Of a stretch of DNA of 64,000 nt, positions 27,975-37,467 are shown piece by piece. Source of the DNA: Candidatus Eiseniibacteriota bacterium. Its GTDB lineage: Bacteria > Eisenbacteria > RBG-16-71-46 > DASYSL01. Made by a program: the position numbers and the translations under genes. Below the pieces are notes generated by a model, which was not told the DNA's origin, did no database searches, and worked only from the letters and a program-made list of their open reading frames with translations. The first letter of the stretch is position 1; every line of letters starts with the position of its first letter. The DNA is taken from assembly GCA_050733935.1 (NCBI GenBank), contig JBOHUC010000098.1:11033-75032 (forward strand), read 5' to 3'.

Positions 27975-29033
27975 GTGTCCGATAGCCTCGACGTTCTGAG
28001 GGAGCGCATCCGGCAGCTCGACCAGGAGCTGCTCACCCGCGCCGCACAGCGCGTGGAGCTCGCGCGGCAGCTCGGCGAGCTCAAGCGCCGCCAGAAGCTC
28101 GCGACCGTCGACTATGCGCAAGAACGCATCGTCCTCGACCGCGCGCGCGCGATCGCCGAGGAATCCGGGTTGAGTCCGGACGTGGCGGAAGAGCTGTTCG
28201 ATCGTTTGATCCGGGCCTCGGTCACCGCGCAGGACGAGGACAATCTCCGCGTTGCCGGGACCGGCCTCGGGAAGAGCGCGATCGTCGTCGGGGGCGCGGG
28301 CCGCATGGGCCGGTGGCTCGGGCGATTCCTCTCGGCGCAGGGCTACGAGACGAACGCGCTCGATCCTGCCGCCTCCGCAGAGGAGAACGATCGGGCGCGC
28401 GCTGCGATGGCGACGGCCGAGCTCATCGTCTGCTCCACGCCGCCGGCCGCCACCGCGGAGCTGTACGCCGCCTGGGCCGCGAAGAAGCCGCCGGTGGGGG
28501 TCGTGGTCGACATCGCGAGCATCAAGACGCCGCTTCTCGACGCGATCCGCGCGCTTCAGAGGAGTGGCGGGCGCGTCGCGTCGATCCACCCCATGTTCGG
28601 GCCGTCCGCCGTGCTGCTGCGCGATGCGGACGTCGTGATCTGCGACACGGGCGACGCCGCGGCGACGGCGATCGTCGAGAAGCTCTTCGAGCCGACGACC
28701 GCCCGGATCGTGCACTTGCCGCTCGCCGACCACGACCGGATCATGGCGGACCTTCTGAGCCTCGCGCACGCGACCGCAATTGCGTTCGCCCTGGCTCTTC
28801 CGACGGACGAGCACCCCGTGCGCAGCACGACGTTCAAAGCGCTCGAACGGCTCGCGGGAGCTGTCGTGCGCGAGAGCCCCGACGTCTACTACGAGATCCA
28901 GGCGCTCAACCCGCATTCGGGCGTCGCGCTCGATCGTTTGCGGGTTGCGCTGGAGCGGATCGTGGCAGCTGTCACAGCGCGGGACGCGGAAGGATTCCGC
29001 TCGCTGCTCGATGAGGGCAAAGGACGCACGTAG
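27975..29033 (+). CDS. tyrA: Bifunctional chorismate mutase / prephenate dehydrogenase
   Basis: N-terminal CM_2-like 'LDVLRERIRQLDQELLTRAAQRVELARQLGELKRRQKL' and Rossmann 'IVVGGAGRMGRWLG', with a PDH domain following. GTG start. Confidence 0.8.
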   Translation: MSDSLDVLRERIRQLDQELLTRAAQRVELARQLGELKRRQKLATVDYAQERIVLDRARAIAEESGLSPDVAEELFDRLIRASVTAQDEDNLRVAGTGLGKSAIVVGGAGRMGRWLGRFLSAQGYETNALDPAASAEENDRARAAMATAELIVCSTPPAATAELYAAWAAKKPPVGVVVDIASIKTPLLDAIRALQRSGGRVASIHPMFGPSAVLLRDADVVICDTGDAAATAIVEKLFEPTTARIVHLPLADHDRIMADLLSLAHATAIAFALALPTDEHPVRSTTFKALERLAGAVVRESPDVYYEIQALNPHSGVALDRLRVALERIVAAVTARDAEGFRSLLDEGKGRT

Positions 29034-29119
29034 AGCCTTCTCGGCGGCGCATTGACAGCGCCCGCTCACGGCAGTACGAATGATGTTCCACCTTCTCCCC
29101 CCCACCTGCGGGGGTTCTC

Positions 29120-31105
29120 ATGCGAACTTTCCCTCTTTCTACACGTCCATCGTCGTTCCCGTGGGCACTCCTCGGGATCCTCGTGGTCCTCGCGCAGACC
29201 GGACCGTCCCGAGCGGACGCTCCGGGGAACACTTACCTCTCGGAGCCGCACTTCGGATCTCCACCGGGATCGAGTGCTGTGCTTGCCGCGGGGAACGTCC
29301 GTCTGCGGGCGACCAACCAGGGATACATCGGCAAGCTGTCGACGGATCCGGCTTCACCTCCGGCGGCGCAATGGCCGGGTCTTTCGGGCGTGGAGTTTCT
29401 GGGGGCGATTCACCTTGCCGTTGCTGCAAATGATCCCTTCCAGGTTGACCCGGCGCTTCTCAGGCGAACGAGCTACTCGACAGAGTGGCAGCCTCCGACT
29501 CTGAGCGCCGAGGACTCGATTCGTTCCGCGCTTGCCGGCGCGCCGGGCAGCGAACGTTTCTTCGACGACGATGGCGACACGCGCGTCGATGAAGAATTTC
29601 TGGACGGCCGGGACAACGATTTCGACGGCATGATCGACGAAGACTATGCCGCGATCGGTGATCAGATGCTCGCGTGGACCATGCGCGACGACACGGCCCC
29701 GCCCGGGCCTCTTCACATACCGCTCAATCTCGAATGCACACAGCGCGTATGGGCGTTCAACCGTCCGGGTTTCTCGGACTTCGCAGTCATCGAATACACG
29801 ATTCGCAACGTCTCGGGTCATACGCTGGACAGCCTGGCGATCGGATGGATGGTGGATTTGAGTTGCGGGCCCAAGAATCAGCCTGGCGGATACGCGAACG
29901 ACGATGTCACGCTCCCCGTGTTTCCTTCGGGCTCGTTCCTGCTCGTGCCCGACCCTTCGGACCCACGGCGGCAGCACCCGCACGATCCGGCTCTCAACTC
30001 GTTCGTGCCGGCGGAGTCAGTCCTGTGCCCGAGATTCCCGGTTCGCGCGCGCGGGTTCTCGGTGGCCGATGTCGACGGGGACAACGGCTCGACGCCCGCG
30101 ATCGCAACCTTCCTGGTCGTCGATCACACCATTGACGCAACGGGCCTAAGGGCCCCCCAAAAGGTCGGACTTCGAGCGTTTCGACACAGCGTCATGGGCA
30201 CCCCGCCCGGGATGGGCGGCCTGCCCACCACTGATGGTTCCCAGTACCTGCTCATGACCGGGACGCAGGGGGTCGACCCGTTCACCGGCATGCCGAACGC
30301 CGCGCTCACGGGCGTTGTCGGTGATCAGGTCGCCATGTGTTCCGTGGGGCCTTTCCTCCAAGTGGAGGATGGGAGGAGCATCCAGGCCACGATTGCCGTG
30401 GCCGTTCAGACGGGCAACTATCCGACGGCACTGCAGTACCAGACGGATCGCTTCTTCTACGAGAACGGATTCATCCATCGCGGGGAACTGTTCCAGAAGT
30501 ATCCCTCTGCCGAAGTCGTGTTCAACGTGGGGACAGCGCTCGAAGGGGACAACGTGCCTGCACCCTCCGGATTTCCTGTTCCCGACCTGCACGGCCGTGA
30601 GGTAAGCCTCATTGCCCCGATTGGTGAGGAGTTCGAGGCGTCCGATTGTAGAGACCTTGCGAACGAGTCGACCCGCACCGTTCACGATGACAGGTACACG
30701 TGGTTCGATTTCGACTGCGATTTCTGTACAGGCGTCTACGACTATCCATCGCGCACGGGGCTGCTTCATCGCTCTTGGACACTTCCGCCGTCGCTGTTGA
30801 TCGGCGCCGAGCCTGCCCCCTCAGGCATGCCGATCCGGGTCGGTCAGGTCATGCCCAACCCGGCCCGCGGAAATTCCCGCGTGGATCTCGACTTGCCCCG
30901 GGCCCACGCCGTGACAGCAGCGATCTACGACGTCTCGGGACGACAGGTAAGGGAAGTCGTGAATGCCATGCGGCCGGCAGGGGGGAGCCAAATCGTGTGG
31001 GACGGCCGTGACGGCGGTGGAAGGGAAGTCCCTCCGGGCCTGTACTATCTGTACGTCCGGATCGGAGAGGAATCCGTCGTTCGCAAGGTGATCCGGGTCC
31101 ACTGA
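29120..31105 (+). CDS. Secreted protein with an acidic Ca-binding-like D-rich motif and a C-terminal T9SS/FlgD-Ig-like sorting domain
   Basis: Signal peptide 'FPWALLGILVVLAQTGPSRADA'; 'DDDGDTRVDEEFLDGRDNDFDGMIDEDY'; C-terminus 'MPNPARGNSRVDLDLP...AAIYDVSGRQVREVV...WDGRDGGGREVPPGLYYLYVRIGEESVVRKVIRV'. Confidence 0.7.
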   Translation: MRTFPLSTRPSSFPWALLGILVVLAQTGPSRADAPGNTYLSEPHFGSPPGSSAVLAAGNVRLRATNQGYIGKLSTDPASPPAAQWPGLSGVEFLGAIHLAVAANDPFQVDPALLRRTSYSTEWQPPTLSAEDSIRSALAGAPGSERFFDDDGDTRVDEEFLDGRDNDFDGMIDEDYAAIGDQMLAWTMRDDTAPPGPLHIPLNLECTQRVWAFNRPGFSDFAVIEYTIRNVSGHTLDSLAIGWMVDLSCGPKNQPGGYANDDVTLPVFPSGSFLLVPDPSDPRRQHPHDPALNSFVPAESVLCPRFPVRARGFSVADVDGDNGSTPAIATFLVVDHTIDATGLRAPQKVGLRAFRHSVMGTPPGMGGLPTTDGSQYLLMTGTQGVDPFTGMPNAALTGVVGDQVAMCSVGPFLQVEDGRSIQATIAVAVQTGNYPTALQYQTDRFFYENGFIHRGELFQKYPSAEVVFNVGTALEGDNVPAPSGFPVPDLHGREVSLIAPIGEEFEASDCRDLANESTRTVHDDRYTWFDFDCDFCTGVYDYPSRTGLLHRSWTLPPSLLIGAEPAPSGMPIRVGQVMPNPARGNSRVDLDLPRAHAVTAAIYDVSGRQVREVVNAMRPAGGSQIVWDGRDGGGREVPPGLYYLYVRIGEESVVRKVIRVH

Positions 31106-31143
31106 TCTGCAGCGTCAATTCCCCTCACCGGAGTCGGATTCAG

Positions 31144-31446
31144 ATGCGACGACCTTTCATCGTGATCAGAACACGCGGAGCCGTGTGGGACGACACGCAA
31201 TCGCTCGAGGGCCAGCGCGACTGGGCCGCTCACGCGGCGTTCATGGACGCGATGGTCGACGAGGGATTCATCGTGCTGGGTGGACCGCTCGAAGGGACGC
31301 GCGATGTCGTGCTCGTCTTTCAGGCCGAGGATCGGGCGGAGATCGAGCGCCGCCTCGCTGTCGATCCGTGGACCCGAAGCGGGCAGCTCGTGACCAAAGA
31401 GTGCCGGCCCTGGCGCATTCGGCTTGGATCGCTCGCACCGCGATGA
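31144..31446 (+). CDS. YciI family protein
   Basis: 100-aa ORF with 'WAAHAAFMDAMVDEGFIVLGGPL', the YCII-related domain pattern. Confidence 0.65.
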   Translation: MRRPFIVIRTRGAVWDDTQSLEGQRDWAAHAAFMDAMVDEGFIVLGGPLEGTRDVVLVFQAEDRAEIERRLAVDPWTRSGQLVTKECRPWRIRLGSLAPR

Positions 31447-31709
31447 CGGGACGCCTGGCGCTTGCGGGCGCGATCCTGAGCTGGGGTCTGCTCCTCGCCA
31501 CGCTCCTCTTCGGTGGACTCGATCCGACGCCGAGGGAGGCGACGATCCTGCGGGTCCTGAGCGTAAGCGCGCTCGCTCTGTCCGCCGCTGCAATGCTCGT
31601 AGGCCTCGTCGCGCTCGTGCGGCGGCGCAGGCGCATTTCAGCCGCTCTTGGCATTGCCGTTGCTTTCGCGCTACTCCTCTACTTCACGGGACTGGGTCAT
31701 GTCCTCTAG
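31443..31709 (+). CDS. Small hypothetical membrane protein (3 TM)
   Basis: ATG overlapping the yciI-like stop (ATGA). Hydrophobic segments. Confidence 0.4.
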   Translation: MTGRLALAGAILSWGLLLATLLFGGLDPTPREATILRVLSVSALALSAAAMLVGLVALVRRRRRISAALGIAVAFALLLYFTGLGHVL

Positions 31710-31935
31710 CGATGGGCGCAAGTACTGGTTTCCCGCCAAGCGTTTCGGCTGGGGATGGGGGCCGCCCTCGACCTGGCAAGGTTGGATCGTTCTCCTCGTC
31801 TACGTGGTGCTTCTCGTCTCTGGTGCGCTTTTCTTCGCTTTGCGCGGGAGCGAGCTGCTGGTCGTGCCGTTCGCCATTGTGCTTAGCCTGGTCCTGATCG
31901 CCATCTGTTCCGCGAAGGGCGAGCCGCAACGCTGA
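31699..31935 (+). CDS. Small hypothetical membrane protein (2 TM), Trp-rich N-terminus
   Basis: 'MSSSDGRKYWFPAKRFGWGWGPPSTWQGWIVLLVYVVLLVSG'. Overlaps the previous gene's stop. Confidence 0.4.
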   Translation: MSSSDGRKYWFPAKRFGWGWGPPSTWQGWIVLLVYVVLLVSGALFFALRGSELLVVPFAIVLSLVLIAICSAKGEPQR

Positions 31936-31956
31936 CGCCTTGACAATGGGGGACGA

Positions 31957-32598
31957 ATGAAGCTTCGCCTGAAGATCTCGATCTCGCTCGACGGCTTCGT
32001 CGCAGGACCCGAGCAGAGCGTCGAGAACCCGCTCGGCATCGGCGGTGAGCGCCTTCACGAGTGGGTGGTTCCGCTCGTCGCCTGGCGCGCGTCGCACGGC
32101 CTCGAAGGCGGCGAGGTGAACGAGAGCTCGCGCGTGGTCGAGGAGGAGGTCGCGAACATCGGAGCGACGATCATGGGGCGGAACATGTTTGGCGGCCATC
32201 AGGGTCCCTGGGATCCCGCGAAGCCCTGGACCGGCTGGTGGGGGGAGAAACCGCCGTTTCACCACTCGGTGTTCGTGCTCACGCACCACGCGCGCGCGCC
32301 GCTCGATCTCGAGGGCGGGACGACGTTCACGTTCGTCACCGATGGCATCGAATCGGCGCTCGCGCAGGCGCGGAAGTCGGCCGGCGGAAAGGACGTGTCG
32401 CTCGCGGGTGGAGCGCACGCGGCGCGCCAGTACCTCGCGGCCGGCCTGGTGGACGAGATGGAACTCCACCAGATGCCGATCCTCCTCGGGCGCGGCGAGC
32501 GGTTGTTCCACGACGTGGGCGACGATCTGCGCGGGCTTGCGCTCGTGCGGACCGTCGCCACTCCCGTCGTCACACACCTCAAGTTCGCGAGGCGCTGA
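31957..32598 (+). CDS. Dihydrofolate reductase family protein (RibD C-terminal domain-like); paralog of 10516..11046
   Basis: 'MKLRLKISISLDGFVAGP...MGRNMF...VFVLTHH...LAGGAHAARQYLAAGLVDEMELHQMPILLGRGERLF'. Confidence 0.8.
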   Translation: MKLRLKISISLDGFVAGPEQSVENPLGIGGERLHEWVVPLVAWRASHGLEGGEVNESSRVVEEEVANIGATIMGRNMFGGHQGPWDPAKPWTGWWGEKPPFHHSVFVLTHHARAPLDLEGGTTFTFVTDGIESALAQARKSAGGKDVSLAGGAHAARQYLAAGLVDEMELHQMPILLGRGERLFHDVGDDLRGLALVRTVATPVVTHLKFARR

Positions 32599-32601
32599 GC
32601 T

Positions 32602-33387
32602 TCAGGACCAGGACTGCGACTCCAGGTACCGAAGCGATCCCGGCGTCGTGAGGAGCTCGCCGGTTTCGAGCAGCGTCTTGAGCCCCGACAGCACCATCGG
32701 CCAGCCGCCGTAGATCTCGGAGTTCGCCCCTTCGCGCATCTTGTCGTGCGTGACGGTCAAGCGACAGGAATCGCCGATCGGCTCGATCTCCCACGTCACG
32801 CGCGACGTGCCTTCCTTCTTCACGTCGTCGCTCCAGAGCGCGCGAAAGGTCTGCACGAGCCTTCGCGGAGGATCGACCTCGACGTTCTCTCCCTCGACGA
32901 TGGGCGTTTCCGGCGCGGTGGTTCCATCCCCGGCCACCCCGCGGTAAGACGAGCCGGGCTTCCAGTCGGAGTAGACGCCGACGCCGAACGTGTACTTGCG
33001 ACGCATTTCGGGATCGGTGATCGCCTGCCACAGACGCTCCGGCGTCGTCTTGATGTAGATCTCGTAGACGCGTTCCATTTCTCCCTCCTCGATTCCCTTC
33101 TTGAGCCCGGTCAGCATGGCGGCCCAGGGCTCGGTGTACTTGTCGATCCACCGGTCATGGATCTGGCGAATGGGCACCCGGTTCAGGAAGTGCAGCTTCT
33201 CGCGACCACGCCGCTTGGTGACGACGAGCCCGGCCTCCTCGAGCACCTTGAGGTGCTTCATGACGCCGAATCGAGTCATGGTCAGTCGCCGCTCGAGCGC
33301 GCTCAGGGTCTGGCCGTCCTGCTTGTAGAGCTTGTCGAGCAGGCGGCGGCGCGTGGGATCGGCGAGAGCCTTGAACACTGCATCCAT
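32602..33387 (-). CDS. ArsR-family HTH regulator fused to an SRPBCC/AHSA1 domain
   Basis: N-terminus 'MDAVFKALADPTRRRLLDKLYKQDGQTLSALERRLTMTRFGVMKHLKVLEEAGLV' (ArsR), followed by a roughly 160-aa AHSA1-like domain. An alternative start at 33423 is possible. Confidence 0.8.
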   Translation of the reverse strand: MDAVFKALADPTRRRLLDKLYKQDGQTLSALERRLTMTRFGVMKHLKVLEEAGLVVTKRRGREKLHFLNRVPIRQIHDRWIDKYTEPWAAMLTGLKKGIEEGEMERVYEIYIKTTPERLWQAITDPEMRRKYTFGVGVYSDWKPGSSYRGVAGDGTTAPETPIVEGENVEVDPPRRLVQTFRALWSDDVKKEGTSRVTWEIEPIGDSCRLTVTHDKMREGANSEIYGGWPMVLSGLKTLLETGELLTTPGSLRYLESQSWS

Positions 33388-33515
33388 GGCTAGATCATAT
33401 GTGACTATATGGTCACCTGTCAATCGGATTGACCCTGGGGCCGGGGGTATACTCCGGCGCGCGTAACGACCGGTGGCGGATGCGGCCCGCGCCCCCCGGT
33501 GTCGGGAGGAATGCG

Positions 33516-33950
33516 ATGCAATCCGTGCTCAGGACCCTGCGCGAAAAACTCGAAGTCGGGCTCGTCTGGGGAGCTCTGTGGACCGCTCTCATGTTCCTCG
33601 TGGGAACGATCCTCGGGGCCGTGCGCCCGGAGAGCATCGATCGTGGAGAGGAGCCCCACGTCCTTGCGCCCATGGTCGGGCTCGTCGGTCTCCTCTGCGG
33701 AGTCGTCTTTGCCGCGATTGTTTCGGGAGCCGAAGATCGGAAGCCGCTCCACGAGATTCCGCTCGCGCGTGCCGCGATGTGGGGCGCACTCGTGGCCGGG
33801 CCGCTCCCGCTCTTGACGGGCGCGGACACTTCGATGGTGTTCATCACGGGACCGCTCGGCGCCGTTTCCGCTCTCGCTTCGGTCGCCCTCCTTAGGGCCC
33901 GGGCCCGCCGTCCACAGGCCCGCCCAAGCGCGGACGCCTCATCTTCATGA
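33516..33950 (+). CDS. Hypothetical membrane protein (4 TM)
   Basis: GGGAGGA Shine-Dalgarno-like sequence 5 nt upstream of ATG at 33516. Hydrophobic helices. Confidence 0.45.
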   Translation: MQSVLRTLREKLEVGLVWGALWTALMFLVGTILGAVRPESIDRGEEPHVLAPMVGLVGLLCGVVFAAIVSGAEDRKPLHEIPLARAAMWGALVAGPLPLLTGADTSMVFITGPLGAVSALASVALLRARARRPQARPSADASSS

Positions 33951-34999
33951 CGCACTGGCGGCCGCGCGCCGCGTACAGGCTCGTCCTCATCCTCACGATC
34001 GCGCTGCTCGTGCCCGCTCTTGCGGGCGCGGCTCCCGCACGTCCGCCGAGCCCCTTCTTCACCGAACGCGCAGTGACGTTCGTGAACGGCACGGTCGAGC
34101 TCAAAGGCACGCTCCTCGTTCCGACGAGTCCGGGTCCGCATCCGGTCGTCGTCTTTCTGCACGGGTCCGGGCCGCATCCGCGCACCGGTGCAAAGCCCTA
34201 CGCCGAAGAGTTCGCAAAGCTCGGAGTCGCCGGGCTCGTGTTCGACAAGCGCGGCTCGGGGGAGTCCGGAGGATCGTGGACCGAGTCCTCGCTCGACGAT
34301 CTCGCGGGCGATGCTCTGGCCGCCGTCGCGTTCGTGAAGAGTCAGCCGAACGTGGACGGATCGAAGATCGGGTTCTGGGGCGTGAGCCAGGCCGGATGGG
34401 TTACGCCTCTTGCCGCTTCGCGGTCCGCGGACGTCGGCTTCATGATCCTGATCTCGGGAGGCGGCGCGAGCCCGCGCGATTCGGAGCAGTTTTCGTACGA
34501 GAACGCGTTCAAGGAGGCGGGTCTTTCGGCGAGCGAAACAGCCGAAGCCGATTCCGTGATGGATGCCTACTTCCGCTACCTCGCGACCGGGGAAGGTCGG
34601 GCCGGGCTCGCTTCACGACTCGAGAGTGCGAAGTCGAGCCGCTGGTATCCGGCGATGCCGCTCGATCGAATTCTTCCTTCGGAGGGAAACCGGTCGAACT
34701 GGAGCTGGGTCGCCACCTGGGATCCCGCGGCGAGCCTCGAGCGGATCAAGTGTCCGGTGCTCCTCATGTTCGGAGACCGGGACACGAGCCATCCCACGCC
34801 GCTTTCGGTCACGAAGTGGAAGGAAGGCCTCAAGAAAGCCGGGAACAACGACGCAACCGTGATGGTGTTTCCGGGGGCGGGTCACGGAATCCGAATGCGC
34901 GAAGGCTACTCGGGCAGCGGCCGCGCGCCATTCGCCAACGGCTATGCTGAGGCCATGGTCGGCTGGCTCATGCTCCACGTCGTCGCGCGCGCGAACTGA
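33947..34999 (+). CDS. Secreted alpha/beta-hydrolase (S9/dienelactone-hydrolase-like)
   Basis: Signal peptide 'LVLILTIALLVPALAGAAPA'. Nucleophile elbow 'GVSQAG'. 'HPVVVFLHGSG'. Late 'GAGHG'. Confidence 0.75.
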   Translation: MTHWRPRAAYRLVLILTIALLVPALAGAAPARPPSPFFTERAVTFVNGTVELKGTLLVPTSPGPHPVVVFLHGSGPHPRTGAKPYAEEFAKLGVAGLVFDKRGSGESGGSWTESSLDDLAGDALAAVAFVKSQPNVDGSKIGFWGVSQAGWVTPLAASRSADVGFMILISGGGASPRDSEQFSYENAFKEAGLSASETAEADSVMDAYFRYLATGEGRAGLASRLESAKSSRWYPAMPLDRILPSEGNRSNWSWVATWDPAASLERIKCPVLLMFGDRDTSHPTPLSVTKWKEGLKKAGNNDATVMVFPGAGHGIRMREGYSGSGRAPFANGYAEAMVGWLMLHVVARAN

Positions 35000-35002
35000 C
35001 GC

Positions 35003-35596
35003 TCAACCGCCCCAGAGGGCCATCTGCTTTCCGGCGCTCCGGCCTTCCGGTGTCGCCAGGTGTTCGTGCTCGAGCAGCCACTTCTTGCGCGCGATCCCGC
35101 CGCCGAAGCCGGTCAGCGATCCATTCGCTCCGATGATGCGATGGCAGGGGACGACGATCGCGAGCGGGTTGCTTCCCACCGCTCCGCCGACCGCGCGAGC
35201 GGATCCCGGATGGCCCACGCGCTCGGCGAGCTCGCCGTACGTGCGCGTCCGGCCGGGCGGGATCTCGAGCAGAGCGTTCCAGACGTCGAGCTCGAACGGA
35301 GTGCCGTGCATGTCGAGCGCGAGACCCGACGGCGAGGGAAACTTGCCCGCGAAGTAGCGCGCGAGCCAGTTCCGGATCTCGCCGAGCGGATCACGCCGAA
35401 CGCCCGCGGGCGCTTCCGCGATTTCCGCCTCGGGGAAGAAGCGCTCGAAACGGCGCGCGAGCGAGGCGCGGCGCTTCGGGCCGTCGAACTCGAGCGCACA
35501 CAGCCCGGCCGGGGACTGGACGGCGAGCATGGGATCGAACGGGGCGTCCACGAAACCCCAGTAGAGTTTTTCGGGCGCTTCGCTGCGGCGGGACAT
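35003..35596 (-). CDS. ogt: Methylated-DNA--protein-cysteine methyltransferase
   Basis: Active site 'VPCHRIIGANGSLTGFGGG' and HTH 'RTYGELAERVGHPGSARAVGGA'. AGGAGG Shine-Dalgarno-like sequence upstream of the internal Met start. Confidence 0.85.
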   Translation of the reverse strand: MSRRSEAPEKLYWGFVDAPFDPMLAVQSPAGLCALEFDGPKRRASLARRFERFFPEAEIAEAPAGVRRDPLGEIRNWLARYFAGKFPSPSGLALDMHGTPFELDVWNALLEIPPGRTRTYGELAERVGHPGSARAVGGAVGSNPLAIVVPCHRIIGANGSLTGFGGGIARKKWLLEHEHLATPEGRSAGKQMALWGG

Positions 35597-35705
35597 CCTC
35601 TGCCTCCTGCGGAGTAAGGGAAGCGGGGTCGGAATCGGTACTCGGACCCTACGGTAACGCTCGCCGGGGACCGTGTCTCGCGCGAAACGCGGTTTGCCGG
35701 GTTCC

Positions 35706-35745
35706 GCGTCCGATCGCGTCCGATCGCGTCCGATCGCGTCCGATT
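35706..35745. repeat. Four tandem copies of a 10-bp unit GCGTCCGATC (last copy GCGTCCGATT) in the divergent ogt/tatD promoter region
   Basis: Read directly from the sequence. Confidence 0.9.
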
Positions 35746-35783
35746 GCATGGAACGGGCCCCCCGACGCCTGTACGATGCGTCC

Positions 35784-36560
35784 ATGATCGACACGCACTG
35801 CCACCTCGGTTCCTCGCGCTTCAAGAAGGACCGGGCCGAGGTGATGGAGCGGGCGCGTCAGGCCGGCGTGACGCGCTTCATCGAGGTCGGGTACGATCTG
35901 GCCACGGCGGAGCGCGCGATCGCCCTTGCGGCGAACGAGCCCGATGTCTGGGCGACCGTGGGCCTCCACCCCCACGAGGTCGAGCGCGTGGCGGGAACGG
36001 AGGTGCTCGCGAAGCGCGCGGAGGAGCGACTGCGCGAGCTCGCCCGGAGCCCGCGGGTGGTGGCGATCGGGGAGTGCGGGCTCGACTTCTATCGCAATCT
36101 TTCCCCGGCCGATCTCCAGCGCGAATGGTTCGAGCGACAGCTCGTCATGGCGCGCGACCTCGATCTACCGCTCGTCGTTCACGTGCGGGATGCGATGGAT
36201 GAAGCGCTCGACCGGCTCGAGCGGGCGCGTCCGCCGCGAAGGGGCGTCCTGCACTGTTATTCGGGGAACGCGGCGCAGGCGGCGCGCGCGACCGCACTCG
36301 GGATGAAGCTCGGCTTCGGCGGTTCGCTTACGTACGGAAACGAAGAGTTGGAAGCGGCCGCTCGTAGCGCGCCGGACGACGCGATCGTCCTCGAAACCGA
36401 TGCGCCGTATCTCGTGCCGGAGCCGAAGGACACGAAGCGCAACGAGCCCGCTCTCATGGCGCGCGTACGCGCGAAGCTCGCCTCCTTAAGGGGCGTCAGT
36501 GAGGCCAGAATCGATGCACTCACCACGGAGAACGCCGCGCGGCTTTTTGCGCTTGGGTAG
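35784..36560 (+). CDS. TatD family hydrolase (metal-dependent DNase)
   Basis: 'MIDTHCHL', 'GLHPH', 'AIGECGLDFYR', 'PLVVHVRDA', 'LHCYSG', 'ETDAPYL'. Confidence 0.85.
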   Translation: MIDTHCHLGSSRFKKDRAEVMERARQAGVTRFIEVGYDLATAERAIALAANEPDVWATVGLHPHEVERVAGTEVLAKRAEERLRELARSPRVVAIGECGLDFYRNLSPADLQREWFERQLVMARDLDLPLVVHVRDAMDEALDRLERARPPRRGVLHCYSGNAAQAARATALGMKLGFGGSLTYGNEELEAAARSAPDDAIVLETDAPYLVPEPKDTKRNEPALMARVRAKLASLRGVSEARIDALTTENAARLFALG

Positions 36561-36597
36561 GCCGGAGGAGCGCACTCCGTTCGCCGATACCGCGAAT

Positions 36598-37467
36598 GTG
36601 CGCGAACGCCTGCTCGTGCGCGGCATCAAGCCGCGGAAGAAGTGGGGACAGAGCTTCCTCACGCGGCCCGAGATCGCGCGCAACATCGTCGAGGCCGTTC
36701 CGCTCACCGGCGACGAGCTCGTGGTCGAGATCGGTCCCGGCGCGGGCGCGCTGACCGGGCTCCTCGCGCAGCGGGCGGCGCGCGTCGTGGCGATCGAGTT
36801 CGACGAGGGCCTGGCCGAGCTCCTGACCGAGGATCTCGCCGAAGTCTCGCGCATCGAGATCGTGCGCTCGGACATCCGCGACATCCGGCTCGCCGACATC
36901 TGCGCGCGCACGGGCTACGAGCGGGCGACCGTGGTCGGCAACATCCCGTACTCGATCACGACTCCGATCCTCGAGTGGCTCATCGAAGAGCGCTCGCGCA
37001 TCGCGGGCGCCGTCGTGCTCGTCCAGAAAGAATACGCGGACCGGCTCGCCGCCGCCCCCGACACCGAGGACTACAGCTCGCTCACGATCTTTGCGCGCTA
37101 CTACATGAGGCTCGAGCCGCTGTTCCACGTTCCGCCCGGTGCGTTCTGGCCGCGGCCGGCGGTGGATTCGACGCTCATTCGCCTCCGCTTCCGTTCCGAG
37201 CCTCCGGTCGAGGTGCCGGACGAGACGCGCTTGTTCGAGATCGTGCGCGCGGCGTTCGGGCAGCGGAGAAAGACGCTTGCGAATGCGCTTCTGCCGCTCT
37301 ACGAACACGATCGCGGCAGGGTCGAGCGGCTCCTGCGCTCGGCGCACGTCGCAGGGAACCGAAGGGGCGAGACGCTCGACCTCGAGGAGTACGCGCGCAT
37401 CGCCCGGCACGAAGCGCCGTATCGGCCGGGCGTCGATCAAGCGAGCCCCGCGGAGGACTCCGCGTGA
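36598..37467 (+). CDS. rsmA: 16S rRNA (adenine1518-N6/adenine1519-N6)-dimethyltransferase
   Basis: 'KKWGQSFL', 'VVEIGPGAGALT' (SAM motif), 'VGNIPYSITTPIL', 'GQRRKTL'. GTG at 36598 is chosen; the ATG at 36514 would overlap tatD by 47 nt. Confidence 0.8.
   Translation: MRERLLVRGIKPRKKWGQSFLTRPEIARNIVEAVPLTGDELVVEIGPGAGALTGLLAQRAARVVAIEFDEGLAELLTEDLAEVSRIEIVRSDIRDIRLADICARTGYERATVVGNIPYSITTPILEWLIEERSRIAGAVVLVQKEYADRLAAAPDTEDYSSLTIFARYYMRLEPLFHVPPGAFWPRPAVDSTLIRLRFRSEPPVEVPDETRLFEIVRAAFGQRRKTLANALLPLYEHDRGRVERLLRSAHVAGNRRGETLDLEEYARIARHEAPYRPGVDQASPAEDSA

Noticed and set aside
29053-29082. Putative promoter TTGACA-N17-TACGAA upstream of the 29120 gene
   Set aside because: The -10 matches only 3 of 6 positions. 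Too weak to call without transcription start data.
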